A program made the translations under genes and the position numbers. The notes beneath the pieces are model-generated. The model did no database searches, had not been told where the DNA came from, and saw only the letters and a program-made list of their open reading frames with translations. DNA of 40,063 nucleotides, from IMG/VR virus record IMGVR_UViG_3300020043_005067, positions 1-40,063 of that record, one strand, 5' to 3'. Of the stretch, positions 8,051-16,670 are shown in pieces (the stretch's first letter is position 1; the number at the start of each line of letters is the position of its first letter). Source of the DNA: a virus (taxonomy: Duplodnaviria > Caudoviricetes).

Positions 8051-8768
8051 GCATGACCAAGCCATCATTGAAGCTGCCTGTGCCTTCCCTATGCTGATGA
8101 ACATACCGGAGGCAGAACAGGAATCAGCTTTCCGTGATGCCATGACTTACATCATTGTTGCTTGTAGCATTAAAACTGAAAATATTCCTTCCGCAATCCA
8201 GATGAATGTTATGCTCCAATATTTCAGGCAACATTACCGGACCTTAACGATGGCAGAATTAAAGCTGGCAGTTGATTTAAACTTTACCAAGACCGTTGCA
8301 CCGGAGAATCAGGCAGGACCAGAATTCAGGGTAAAGCATTTTCAGTGTATTGATATTGATTACCTGACGCAAGTGATAACCAATTACCGGTATGATAGGA
8401 TGAAAGCATTTGCGGAACTGAAAAAGGTAACTGCTGTTCCTGTGGAAAGACAACTTGAAGCCCCGAAAGCATCATTACAAAGCCTGATTAACTGGTATAA
8501 GGAAAACGGATCAATGCCTCTTACCTATGATTGGATTGCAGCCTTTGAACAGATGAGAGAAGAAAAGAAGTGCGAACCGTTTGAAGTGATGAAAGCATGG
8601 ATGAAGCCAGAAGAAAATAAGATCCGTTCAGAAATCAGCATGAAGTTGAAAACCTGTTCCGGTTTAATTGAGAAAAGACAGATTGAATTACTGCTAACAG
8701 AAGATGCTATCAGGATGGAACTACGCAAACGGTATGTGTTAAAACGAATCCCTGAACTATGCGCCTAA
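7923..8768 (+). CDS. putative helicase loader / replication accessory protein
   Basis: Follows and overlaps the initiator (lambda O/P-like layout); likely start ATG 7923; function inferred from position only. Confidence 0.45.
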   Translation: MATEIQVQQQDQLIVLEAKKLEGQQLTHLTLLKTKEVCREVSKHDQAIIEAACAFPMLMNIPEAEQESAFRDAMTYIIVACSIKTENIPSAIQMNVMLQYFRQHYRTLTMAELKLAVDLNFTKTVAPENQAGPEFRVKHFQCIDIDYLTQVITNYRYDRMKAFAELKKVTAVPVERQLEAPKASLQSLINWYKENGSMPLTYDWIAAFEQMREEKKCEPFEVMKAWMKPEENKIRSEISMKLKTCSGLIEKRQIELLLTEDAIRMELRKRYVLKRIPELCA

Positions 8769-9016
8769 ACTCCCTCGACTACTATTCACTGATACTAAAT
8801 AACCCACCATCCGCACCGGATCAAATTAGAAAGAAAATGGAAAAAGAGAAAATACTAAAACAGTTAGATGTTTGGATTGACAAATGTCAAAGGCAATCCG
8901 ATGATTTCTTTAAAAGAGGAATGGTTGTTTCTGAAGCAGGTTCACTATCAATGAAGGCAGCTTACCAAAATGTAAAGGATTTAATCAATCAAACCCAAAC
9001 CCCTAACACCCACTGA
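8759..9016 (+). CDS. hypothetical protein
   Basis: ORF in operon; alternative start at 8837. Confidence 0.55.
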   Translation: MRLNSLDYYSLILNNPPSAPDQIRKKMEKEKILKQLDVWIDKCQRQSDDFFKRGMVVSEAGSLSMKAAYQNVKDLINQTQTPNTH

Positions 9017-9017
9017 T

Positions 9018-9233
9018 ATGGAAGCAAGAGAATGGAAAAATGAATTAATGAAAATACACACCGATGATCCACAGGCAATGTATCAGGTTAAGTATGCTGA
9101 TTATGATGAAAACACATGGACTATACCATGTTTGCTAAACGAGAAACGAATTGACTTTGCATTAAACGATCTAAGTGTTACCAAAATAAAAATACTGCTA
9201 TCTAATGACAATGAAATATTATTTATTCTGTAA
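9018..9233 (+). CDS. hypothetical protein
   Basis: 71-aa ORF, TAATG overlap with next gene. Confidence 0.6.
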   Translation: MEAREWKNELMKIHTDDPQAMYQVKYADYDENTWTIPCLLNEKRIDFALNDLSVTKIKILLSNDNEILFIL

Positions 9234-9634
9234 TGAAACGAGCCGCCCGAATTGATAGTAACCAGTTAACAGCAGCAGAATACAGCCTGATGAAAAAGAA
9301 GAAAGGAAGCAAGTTTAAGAATGTAAAGGTAGAAACGGATGGAATTAAGTTTGATTCCAAAAAGGAGCAGGATCATTACCTGTTCCTGAAAGATGAAGAA
9401 GCGGCAGGAAACATTAAGGAGTTGAATTGCCAAGTGAGATTCCGGTTAAAAATATCTGAGCAGTTGATATGTGCTTATGTTGCCGACTTTGTATTCCATC
9501 ATAAAGATTCATCAGGCAAATGGATAACACAGGTCGAAGATGTGAAGTCAGAGTTCACCAGAAAGAATCCAGTGTACCGGATTAAGAAGAAGCTAATGAA
9601 AGCGATTTACGGAATTGATATTGTAGAAATCTAA
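9233..9634 (+). CDS. DUF1064 family PD-(D/E)XK endonuclease
   Basis: SKFKN.K...DGIKFDSKKE...YVADF...VEDVK...YRIKKKL. Confidence 0.85.
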   Translation: MKRAARIDSNQLTAAEYSLMKKKKGSKFKNVKVETDGIKFDSKKEQDHYLFLKDEEAAGNIKELNCQVRFRLKISEQLICAYVADFVFHHKDSSGKWITQVEDVKSEFTRKNPVYRIKKKLMKAIYGIDIVEI

Positions 9635-9693
9635 AACCACCACCAAGCCGTTGAACTGGCTAATAAATTGAAAGGGTAAAAAATTATAAAAAT

Positions 9694-10056
9694 ATGACAA
9701 AAATATTAAAACAATTTCCATCTTTTAAGATTGGAGAAATAGTTTACCATCGTTCGGTTTATGAACATGGAGAACCATTAAAAGTGGTTGGAATTACAGA
9801 AGACAAATTGCTTTTAGAAGGTGATTATTCTGGTGGAACTCACAATGTATGTCAGCGTGATTGGTTGCCAATTAAAGGCACATCAAGAATACGAAACCAC
9901 GCTTTCAAATTAAAGGCTCGTAAAGATGCTATTGATATTGAAATATTAGCAATCCCGTGTGCAGGCAGCCAAAATAATACCTACAAAGCAATGATGGACA
10001 TGGTTCATGCTGTAATGGTTCTTACCGCAGATGTTTCACTTAATCCTGAATTTTAA
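9694..10056 (+). CDS. hypothetical protein with SH3-like N-terminus
   Basis: FKIGEIV...LKVVGI. Confidence 0.65.
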   Translation: MTKILKQFPSFKIGEIVYHRSVYEHGEPLKVVGITEDKLLLEGDYSGGTHNVCQRDWLPIKGTSRIRNHAFKLKARKDAIDIEILAIPCAGSQNNTYKAMMDMVHAVMVLTADVSLNPEF

Positions 10057-10099
10057 CCGCCACCAGTCGGGCGTTCGGCTTGGTAACAATAAAAGAGAG

Positions 10100-10363
10100 A
10101 TGAAAAACCAAAAACTATTTAATCTGATGGCAAATAGCCATGATGTTACCTTACTTGAATCTGATATGGATGAGATCGTAAGGGTTGTAAGGGAAATGAT
10201 TATTCCCACCCCCTCCCAACTGGAAGCGATGGCGATGGCTAAGTTTCCGGTTAAAATGATAAAACTGAATGGGACATTAACTGATTTTTACGAGAGAAAG
10301 CGTAAAAACTACCTCTCAGCCCTTACCGACCTTGCTAAATTGATGGGAGGGGATGAGGGATGA
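10100..10363 (+). CDS. hypothetical protein
   Basis: Likely ATG 10100; ATGA overlap with next gene. Confidence 0.6.
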   Translation: MKNQKLFNLMANSHDVTLLESDMDEIVRVVREMIIPTPSQLEAMAMAKFPVKMIKLNGTLTDFYERKRKNYLSALTDLAKLMGGDEG

Positions 10364-10542
10364 AGGAGGAATATAAATTAATATTCAAAACAATAGGAAG
10401 TAATCATAAATGGGCAAAAAACAGGTGTATTAAGTGTGGAATTACAAGGGTTTATAATCAGACTAAATATTCTTATGATTATTATATTAGCAATGAAAAA
10501 CAAGAATCAAGACCATTTTGTACTATAAAGACTCAATCTTAA
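10360..10542 (+). CDS. small zinc-binding hypothetical protein
   Basis: HKW...CIKCG...C. Confidence 0.6.
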   Translation: MKEEYKLIFKTIGSNHKWAKNRCIKCGITRVYNQTKYSYDYYISNEKQESRPFCTIKTQS

Positions 10543-10553
10543 AATTACAAAAC

Positions 10554-10703
10554 ATGAACTATAAACTATGGACTACTGTTTACAAAGCAACAGATAAGTC
10601 TTCTTATGTGATTATAAAGCTAAACAAGCGATCAGCAACTATTAGCAATAATGGATTCAAAGAAATAATTAGCCTTGATGATTTATGGCTGCACTTTAAC
10701 TAA
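10554..10703 (+). CDS. hypothetical protein
   Basis: ATG 10554 after an A-rich leader. Confidence 0.5.
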   Translation: MNYKLWTTVYKATDKSSYVIIKLNKRSATISNNGFKEIISLDDLWLHFN

Positions 10704-10728
10704 ATGAAAAATTAACCCCACCCACAAC

Positions 10729-10971
10729 ATGAAAAATAGAATAAAAGAAGTACTTGAAGTATTGTTAATTATAATATATATTATTTGGCATCTTGTCAGG
10801 GTGGTGCTGGTTTCAATAGTTTGGTTCTGTATTAATTTTTTAGATTTAATATTACTGATCCCTTTATTTTTTGTTTGGTTAATTTTTGGTAGAAACTATA
10901 TGTTTAATTTGGAGTATGCCATTAATGAAAAAACTGGAATTTTTGAATGTATTTATTTAAATAAAAATTAA
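10729..10971 (+). CDS. small AT-rich membrane protein
   Basis: Long hydrophobic stretch (about two TM segments). Confidence 0.65.
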   Translation: MKNRIKEVLEVLLIIIYIIWHLVRVVLVSIVWFCINFLDLILLIPLFFVWLIFGRNYMFNLEYAINEKTGIFECIYLNKN

Positions 10972-10975
10972 CAAC

Positions 10976-11866
10976 ATGAAAAATAAACTTGCAGTCGGGA
11001 TGACTGTGTATGCGAAAAACCCTTTCAATATATGTGAAGGCTGGGATTGCCTTACAATAGGATGTGGTTATAAAATAACCAATTTAGATTCAGATGTTTT
11101 CTATGTAGTAGACGATGATGGCGATGATCTTGATATACCTATTGACGAGTTCGACCAATACTTCACCACCGAACAGCCGGATGAACATATTCATCTAAGA
11201 GTTGCACCTAATGCAGTGGCTACATTTAACACTCCTAATCCATCACCCGAAACTTTAGAAATGGTTAAGCATTTAGCGAATGCTGCTGATAAAAAGTTTA
11301 ACAGACCATTGCATGAAACCTGTGAACATGAATATGGTGCAGTTAAAGAATTATCAACCGGAAAATGGAGAAACTGTATTAAATGTCCTCATTGGGAAAA
11401 GGTTGATGAAGCATTCACCACCGAACATCCGGAGGGAGGTGAAATAGAAAAAGAGCTTTTTGGCAATGGGCAAGAATTATCGAATGAATTATTGGTAGCA
11501 CAACTTCAATCCCGTGTGCAGGAGTTGGAAGGTAGCACAATGGAACTGATTGACGAAAGGGATCACTTGGAAGATGCGCTTAATAAAATAATGGGCATTA
11601 TGAAAATTGATAAAGAGTGGAGTAATCATTATAACGTTGAAAATTTTGTCGATGATGTACTGGAAACTGTTAATGAAAAAGACCAACAAATCACTCAACT
11701 CACAGCCGAAGTGGAACGGTTGAGGGGAGCGGATTATTTAGGAAACATTCTTTTAGAGTTTGCAAATGATTTGACAGAAGCAAGCAAACAGCATATTGCA
11801 ACTAATGCAGTTATCAAAAATATAATTGATAAATATTGTATCCCCACCCACCAAACCGATAAATAA
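10976..11866 (+). CDS. mosaic multidomain hypothetical protein (SH3-like + Zn-binding insert + coiled coil)
   Basis: CEH...CIKC; C-terminal QLTAEVERL heptads; internal direct repeat. Confidence 0.7.
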   Translation: MKNKLAVGMTVYAKNPFNICEGWDCLTIGCGYKITNLDSDVFYVVDDDGDDLDIPIDEFDQYFTTEQPDEHIHLRVAPNAVATFNTPNPSPETLEMVKHLANAADKKFNRPLHETCEHEYGAVKELSTGKWRNCIKCPHWEKVDEAFTTEHPEGGEIEKELFGNGQELSNELLVAQLQSRVQELEGSTMELIDERDHLEDALNKIMGIMKIDKEWSNHYNVENFVDDVLETVNEKDQQITQLTAEVERLRGADYLGNILLEFANDLTEASKQHIATNAVIKNIIDKYCIPTHQTDK

Positions 11867-11873
11867 AGAGATT

Positions 11874-12146
11874 ATGAATAAGGACTTACTACAAAAAGCA
11901 ATTGATAAGTGGGGCAAAGAAACTCAAATCAATAAAATACAGGAAGAAGCACTGGAACTTGCACTTGTATTAAATCAGAGGAAATGCCCTACTAAAGATG
12001 TAGATCGAATGGAATCCAATCTGTATGACGAATTAGCTGATATGAAAATTATGATGGCTCAGGCTGAATTATTATTTGATTCTGAAAGAATAAATGAGCG
12101 AGTAAAGTTTAAGTTAGATAGACTTCAATCAAAATATTTCAGTTAA
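11874..12146 (+). CDS. MazG-like NTP pyrophosphohydrolase
   Basis: WG...Q..KIQEEALEL...LYDELAD (EExxE / ExxD motifs). Confidence 0.8.
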   Translation: MNKDLLQKAIDKWGKETQINKIQEEALELALVLNQRKCPTKDVDRMESNLYDELADMKIMMAQAELLFDSERINERVKFKLDRLQSKYFS

Positions 12147-12207
12147 CCAACCCATGAAATACCTACTCATCGCCTGCCTGATGGTGGGGTAAAAAAAGAA
12201 AGAGATT

Positions 12208-12927
12208 ATGAAAGTAAATAATTCAAAGAAAATGAAAACAGAAAAAAAGTTAATTGCATCAGCAAAGGATCAGGTTACAAAAAGAGCCGAAAAAACTAAA
12301 CAGCTATTGCCAACATTACAGGCATTGGTAAACGAGGCGAAGGTTATTGATATTGATATGAGTACAGATGATCTATTCACGGTTATAAGATTTCCAGATG
12401 CATTTATTAAAAAGAAAAGGATTGAAAAAATCAAAGCCGAGAAGCTGAATGAAATAAATGGGCTTCCTTTTAAGATAACACCTGAAAAGTTTTTAGAGCT
12501 TACAGAAGGGACGGACGCCTTTCCAGATTCTATTAAGTTTGAGGTTGCAGCAGCACAACTGGCAAAGAGTAAGATTTTAGAGAATGTACAATATATCAGT
12601 ATCGTTGACGGCGAAGCGGTAATAGATCAGGCGAAAGTTGACGAGGATATTGAAAACGAAAGTGTGTATTTGTCCAACCCTGAACTGATAGAAATATACG
12701 AAGGTTACAGCAGCATTATCAACACCATTAACGAGGTGAACAAAAAACTTGCGTTGGTTACTGGTTACGATGGTTTACCCGTTTCTGAATGGCGGCGAAT
12801 GATAGAACCTACATTCAACATTCCTGATCCGTTAGGTAGAAAAGGGCACGCCGGCATTAGTCAGGCGAAAGAAAGCAATTTTTTTCATCAACTAATTTTA
12901 AAAGCTGAAAGGGGGATTATGTCGTAA
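12208..12927 (+). CDS. hypothetical protein
   Basis: 239-aa ORF, no motif recognised. Confidence 0.75.
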   Translation: MKVNNSKKMKTEKKLIASAKDQVTKRAEKTKQLLPTLQALVNEAKVIDIDMSTDDLFTVIRFPDAFIKKKRIEKIKAEKLNEINGLPFKITPEKFLELTEGTDAFPDSIKFEVAAAQLAKSKILENVQYISIVDGEAVIDQAKVDEDIENESVYLSNPELIEIYEGYSSIINTINEVNKKLALVTGYDGLPVSEWRRMIEPTFNIPDPLGRKGHAGISQAKESNFFHQLILKAERGIMS

Positions 12928-12944
12928 TTATTTACCGGCAATTT

Positions 12945-12992
12945 TTCCCAAAATAAGAAATATTGCCAATTTGGGAATTAATTGTATATTTG
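12945..12992 (+). promoter_or_regulatory. terminase promoter with tandem 15-bp operator-like sites
   Basis: TATATTTG at 12985-12992; TTCCC-aaaat-AAGAA at 12945 and TTGCC-aattt-GGGAA at 12963. Confidence 0.65.
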
Positions 12993-12998
12993 CAGGGA

Positions 12999-13490
12999 AT
13001 GGCTAAGGCTGTAAAAGTTAAGGACGGGAAAGGCAGGTTAACTGATTATAGTAAAGAACTTGCTGATGAGATTTGCGAACTAATCGCAACAACCGATAGG
13101 GGACTTCATTCTATTTGTAAGGAGTTCAATGTCAGTGTAGTATCTGTTTTTAATTGGCTAAAAGACCCACGTTACGAATATTTTCTTAACAATTACACGC
13201 GCGCAAAGGAAGCACAGGCTGAACTAATGGCAGGTGAGATAGTTAGCATTGCCGACAAGCCATTAATAGGTGAAGTAATCAAAGAAACAAAGGACGGTAC
13301 TTTTACCGAAACTGGCGACAACGTACAACGGTCCCGACTAATGGTTGAATCCCGTAAGTGGGTTGCTTCAAAACTACTACCCAAAAAATACGGTGACAAG
13401 GTTGATGTAACCAGTGGAGGCGAAGCCATTAAGCAACCTGTTTACATCGTTAAGGATCAGGAACAGAAAGACGAACTGGATAAACTGTGA
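12999..13490 (+). CDS. terS: terminase small subunit (Sf6/P22-like)
   Basis: YS.ELADEIC..IA...YTRAKEAQA...RSRLMVESRKWVASKLLPKKYGDK; start ATG 12999. Confidence 0.9.
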   Translation: MAKAVKVKDGKGRLTDYSKELADEICELIATTDRGLHSICKEFNVSVVSVFNWLKDPRYEYFLNNYTRAKEAQAELMAGEIVSIADKPLIGEVIKETKDGTFTETGDNVQRSRLMVESRKWVASKLLPKKYGDKVDVTSGGEAIKQPVYIVKDQEQKDELDKL

Positions 13491-14674
13491 GCCATCACTT
13501 TAGCAGTTACTTTACCCGACTTTTAAAGGCATACAACACCGGAACACGCCGCCTTGTTTCAATGGGTGGCACATCTTCCAGTAAGACCTATTCAGAATTA
13601 CAGTTACTACATCAGATTGCCGTTAAGCGTAATGCAAAGGGTAAGCCGGTAAGTATATCCGTTGTCAGTGAATCATTGCCCCACCTTAAATTAGGTGCTA
13701 TCAGGGACTTTGAAAACTGGCTTAAACGGATTAATCAGTATGATGAGAAACAGATTGACTTCACCAATCACATCTATTGGTTTGGCGATTCCTTCATTGA
13801 ATTCTTTGCTGCAGATATGGGTAAGGCAACCGGACCCCGTAGAGATAAATTGCTTTTCAATGAGGTGAACAATATACCCAGATCCGTTGTTATTGAACTT
13901 TCCCAGCGTACCAATGAAACGATTTTTTACGACTTCAACCCGACAGAAGAATTCTGGATAACGGATGAGGTGTTCAGCTTACCTGAATCAGAATACCTGC
14001 TACTGAAATCAAACCATCTGGATAATGAGTTCCTGCCTGATGCCATCCGTAAGGATATAACCATGCGAGCAGAACGGGACCCGAACTATAAACGGGTTCA
14101 TATTGATGTGGAGTTCGGAAGCAGTGAAGGGATTATCTTTCCTGAATGGAAGCTATGCGATAAGATGCCGGACACCTCAAAACGGATATATGGTATGGAT
14201 TTCGGGTTCACGAACGACCCGTCAACACTTGTTGATATTAGACTGCAGAACGGGGAACTCTGGTTTGATGAATTACTTTATGAAAGAGGGCAAACACCGG
14301 AACAACTGGATCAGTTTTTAAAGCTGAATACTGACAAGCGTTATGAAGTCATTGCTGATAACAGTGAACCGCAGATGATAGATTACCTGTTCCGTAAAGG
14401 TAATAGGATGAAGCCATGTGTTAAGGGTAAGGATTCCATCACAACAGGCATTGAACTGATAAAACAATACCCTGTAAATGTTACCAAGCGGTCCGTTAAC
14501 CTGATCAAAGAAAGAAGATCGTACCGATATGCTGTTGATAAGAATGGTGTAAGTCATAATGAACCGCAGGTTGGTCAGCAGGACCACGCTATTGATGCGG
14601 TAAGGTATGGAGTGCAGATGCTTGTAGGTAAGCCAGCACCACCCCGACCCCGTTACACGATGCTGAACGGATAA
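13487..14674 (+). CDS. terL: terminase large subunit (PBSX/Terminase_3-like)
   Basis: Walker A GGTSSSKT, Walker B LLFNE, DFNP, nuclease GMDFGFTNDP, DHAIDAVRY. Confidence 0.95.
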   Translation: MSHHFSSYFTRLLKAYNTGTRRLVSMGGTSSSKTYSELQLLHQIAVKRNAKGKPVSISVVSESLPHLKLGAIRDFENWLKRINQYDEKQIDFTNHIYWFGDSFIEFFAADMGKATGPRRDKLLFNEVNNIPRSVVIELSQRTNETIFYDFNPTEEFWITDEVFSLPESEYLLLKSNHLDNEFLPDAIRKDITMRAERDPNYKRVHIDVEFGSSEGIIFPEWKLCDKMPDTSKRIYGMDFGFTNDPSTLVDIRLQNGELWFDELLYERGQTPEQLDQFLKLNTDKRYEVIADNSEPQMIDYLFRKGNRMKPCVKGKDSITTGIELIKQYPVNVTKRSVNLIKERRSYRYAVDKNGVSHNEPQVGQQDHAIDAVRYGVQMLVGKPAPPRPRYTMLNG

Positions 14675-14707
14675 AAAATAAGCCGGAAAGCTATCAACCG
14701 TCCGGCT
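14673..14707 (-). terminator. intrinsic terminator on minus strand
   Basis: A tract then AGCCGGA(14681)...TCCGGCT(14707). Confidence 0.6.
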
Positions 14708-14753
14708 CTAAACTCAAACACCAATTTGACATCATCCACTATGTCATGAGCAG

Positions 14754-14846
14754 CAAAGATAACCCGACTGCTAATAACTTCCTATCATTTTGGTAATATT
14801 TATTTTCCCGTTTCGGTAATATTTCCCATTTTTGGAAATATATTTG
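14754..14846. promoter_or_regulatory. divergent promoter pair with operator-like array
   Basis: Minus TATCTTTG (14761-14754) and plus TATATTTG (14839-14846); 15-bp sites at 14782, 14805, 14823. Confidence 0.65.
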
Positions 14847-14850
14847 CATC

Positions 14851-15114
14851 ATGCAAGCCGCCACAAACGACACCGCCAAAGCTATTAAAATGGAAATCTG
14901 CCGGAGTTGTCCGTATAGCAGGGATTCTAATTTAATGGGCGTTCACTTCTTAACATGCGGTAAGTTCATGACAGGCGAACAGGTTATCCATAATGGAAAG
15001 CCTATTCAGTTATGCGGCTGCATCATGCAGATAAAATCTGTTGCTGCTGATGTTGTGGGAGCGATAACAAACAAAGATTTACAATTACTTAAATGCCCTG
15101 CTGAGAGATGGTAG
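14851..15114 (+). CDS. Cys-rich small phage protein
   Basis: ICRSCP..CG..CGC..KCP..RW pattern common in Bacteroidota phage late regions. Confidence 0.75.
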   Translation: MQAATNDTAKAIKMEICRSCPYSRDSNLMGVHFLTCGKFMTGEQVIHNGKPIQLCGCIMQIKSVAADVVGAITNKDLQLLKCPAERW

Positions 15115-15157
15115 ATGAATCACATTACACCCGTGAAGGTGCTCAAAATGGTAATAC

Positions 15158-15361
15158 ATGCTGAAAGATAAATTCGTTAAGGTTGAGGCAAAGCATATAA
15201 CTTTCAAAAGAAAGATGCCACATACGGCTGTCTGTTGGGCTGTTATTAAGGGTTTTGAAACACGATACCCATTTGCAAAAGAATGTTTCTTTTATTCCAT
15301 TGGCAGAACAAATGAAGTAACATTCTTCTTTAGTTATCACAGTGATTTAATGGCTAATTAA
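15158..15361 (+). CDS. hypothetical protein
   Basis: 67-aa ORF on the operon strand. Confidence 0.45.
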   Translation: MLKDKFVKVEAKHITFKRKMPHTAVCWAVIKGFETRYPFAKECFFYSIGRTNEVTFFFSYHSDLMAN

Positions 15362-15368
15362 AACAGAT

Positions 15369-15617
15369 ATGGCACGCTACAGCAGAAACAATCTTAGTCA
15401 GAAAGTAAACATTGGCGGGAGCCAATACAAATATGTAAGAAAAAAGCTCAATGAAATAACAAATAAAGTTTACTATGCAGCAGAGGTTTCAAAAGTTTCA
15501 AATATAAAACACTATAGTATTCACGAAACAGAAAGAGAAGCGGCAATTGCAGTAGACAAAGCATTTATTCAGAATGGAAAAGATCCAGTCAACATCTTAA
15601 AAAGAAAATCTGCTTAA
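15369..15617 (+). CDS. stand-alone AP2-like DNA-binding domain protein
   Basis: SQYKYVR...YAAEV...HETEREAAIAVDKA...G follows the AP2 pattern. Confidence 0.65.
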   Translation: MARYSRNNLSQKVNIGGSQYKYVRKKLNEITNKVYYAAEVSKVSNIKHYSIHETEREAAIAVDKAFIQNGKDPVNILKRKSA

Positions 15618-16237
15618 TGCTACCCATCACCATAAACGAACATAAATATTCATTACCTACTATATGGGATGAAGTAACCTATGAGCAGGAATGTAAACTG
15701 TATGATCGTGAAGATGGCAACCGTCCTGCACAAATATTATCAGCATTTACCGGAATGGATTATGATACCGTAAGCCGTATTGATGCAGCAGAATTCATTA
15801 AAAACATCATGCCTCATATTGCTTTTGTCAATTCTCCACGTGATTATTTTAAGATACCGGTACCCACTGAAATAAATATTAACGGTAAGACATTGCCAGT
15901 TCAACAACAGGTCGGGAAACTTCCGTTCGGAATGTATTCAGATGCAACACTGTTAATCGAATCAAATCAGGATAATTCTATCTACAACATAGCTGCAAAA
16001 CTTTGTTCCATCTTCTTACAACAGCAATATACAGCAGCAATTAAAGGTATTGAATTAAAAGATGCTTATGATGGTGGTGAAACATACGACAAAGCGGCAG
16101 CCTTTGAACTGGAACAGCACTTAAATCATCAGAACGGGAAAGTGATAATGCCGCTTTCCGGTTTTTTTTTAACCAAATTGAAGCATTACGAACGCAAGAA
16201 TCTGAAAAACTATCGACAAACCCTGACCCAAAAGTGA
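15617..16237 (+). CDS. putative tail assembly chaperone (G-like)
   Basis: ITIN...Y.LPT.WDEVT N-terminus; ends near GFF encoded by GGT TTT TTT TTA. Confidence 0.65.
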   Translation: MLPITINEHKYSLPTIWDEVTYEQECKLYDREDGNRPAQILSAFTGMDYDTVSRIDAAEFIKNIMPHIAFVNSPRDYFKIPVPTEININGKTLPVQQQVGKLPFGMYSDATLLIESNQDNSIYNIAAKLCSIFLQQQYTAAIKGIELKDAYDGGETYDKAAAFELEQHLNHQNGKVIMPLSGFFLTKLKHYERKNLKNYRQTLTQK

Positions 16238-16413
16238 TGAACGCCATGTCATTGTTTAAGGATTTAAGCCATTTCAACGCTGTTAAGGCTGTTGCAGACC
16301 TGAATCATTGCACTATCAGAGAAGCCAGGCGATTGGATTACGAAACTGCTTATTGCTTACTGTTCTATAATGCTGCCACTATCAACGCTCAAAAAATGCT
16401 TAACACAAAATAA
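16168..16413 (+). CDS. -1 frame extension (GT-like) of the tail assembly chaperone
   Basis: Open -1 frame from the T9 run to TAA 16413: FNQIEALRTQESEKL...DYETAYCLLFYNAATINAQKMLNTK. Confidence 0.7.
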   Translation, partial: FNQIEALRTQESEKLSTNPDPKVMNAMSLFKDLSHFNAVKAVADLNHCTIREARRLDYETAYCLLFYNAATINAQKMLNTK

Positions 16414-16415
16414 CC

Positions 16416-16670
16416 ATGTTCAAAGTACCACGTCATAATATACCTGTTGAAATACGTAAGCACGTAACCGATAAGAAGATAAAGCAAGCTATCAAAGGAA
16501 CGTACAAATCAGAATTAAGCAGGATGAAAAAGGAGTCAGGCATTAAGAAGTTCACACCGGAACAGAATGAACTATACAGCAAAGAAGTTATTAAAAGGAT
16601 TGCTGAATTTATGAGCTCACAATTCAAGATGCCAATAACATCTAAAGAAATACAGGAGGCACTGAAATGA
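16416..16670 (+). CDS. basic hypothetical protein
   Basis: 84-aa ORF, coupled to neighbours. Confidence 0.6.
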   Translation: MFKVPRHNIPVEIRKHVTDKKIKQAIKGTYKSELSRMKKESGIKKFTPEQNELYSKEVIKRIAEFMSSQFKMPITSKEIQEALK

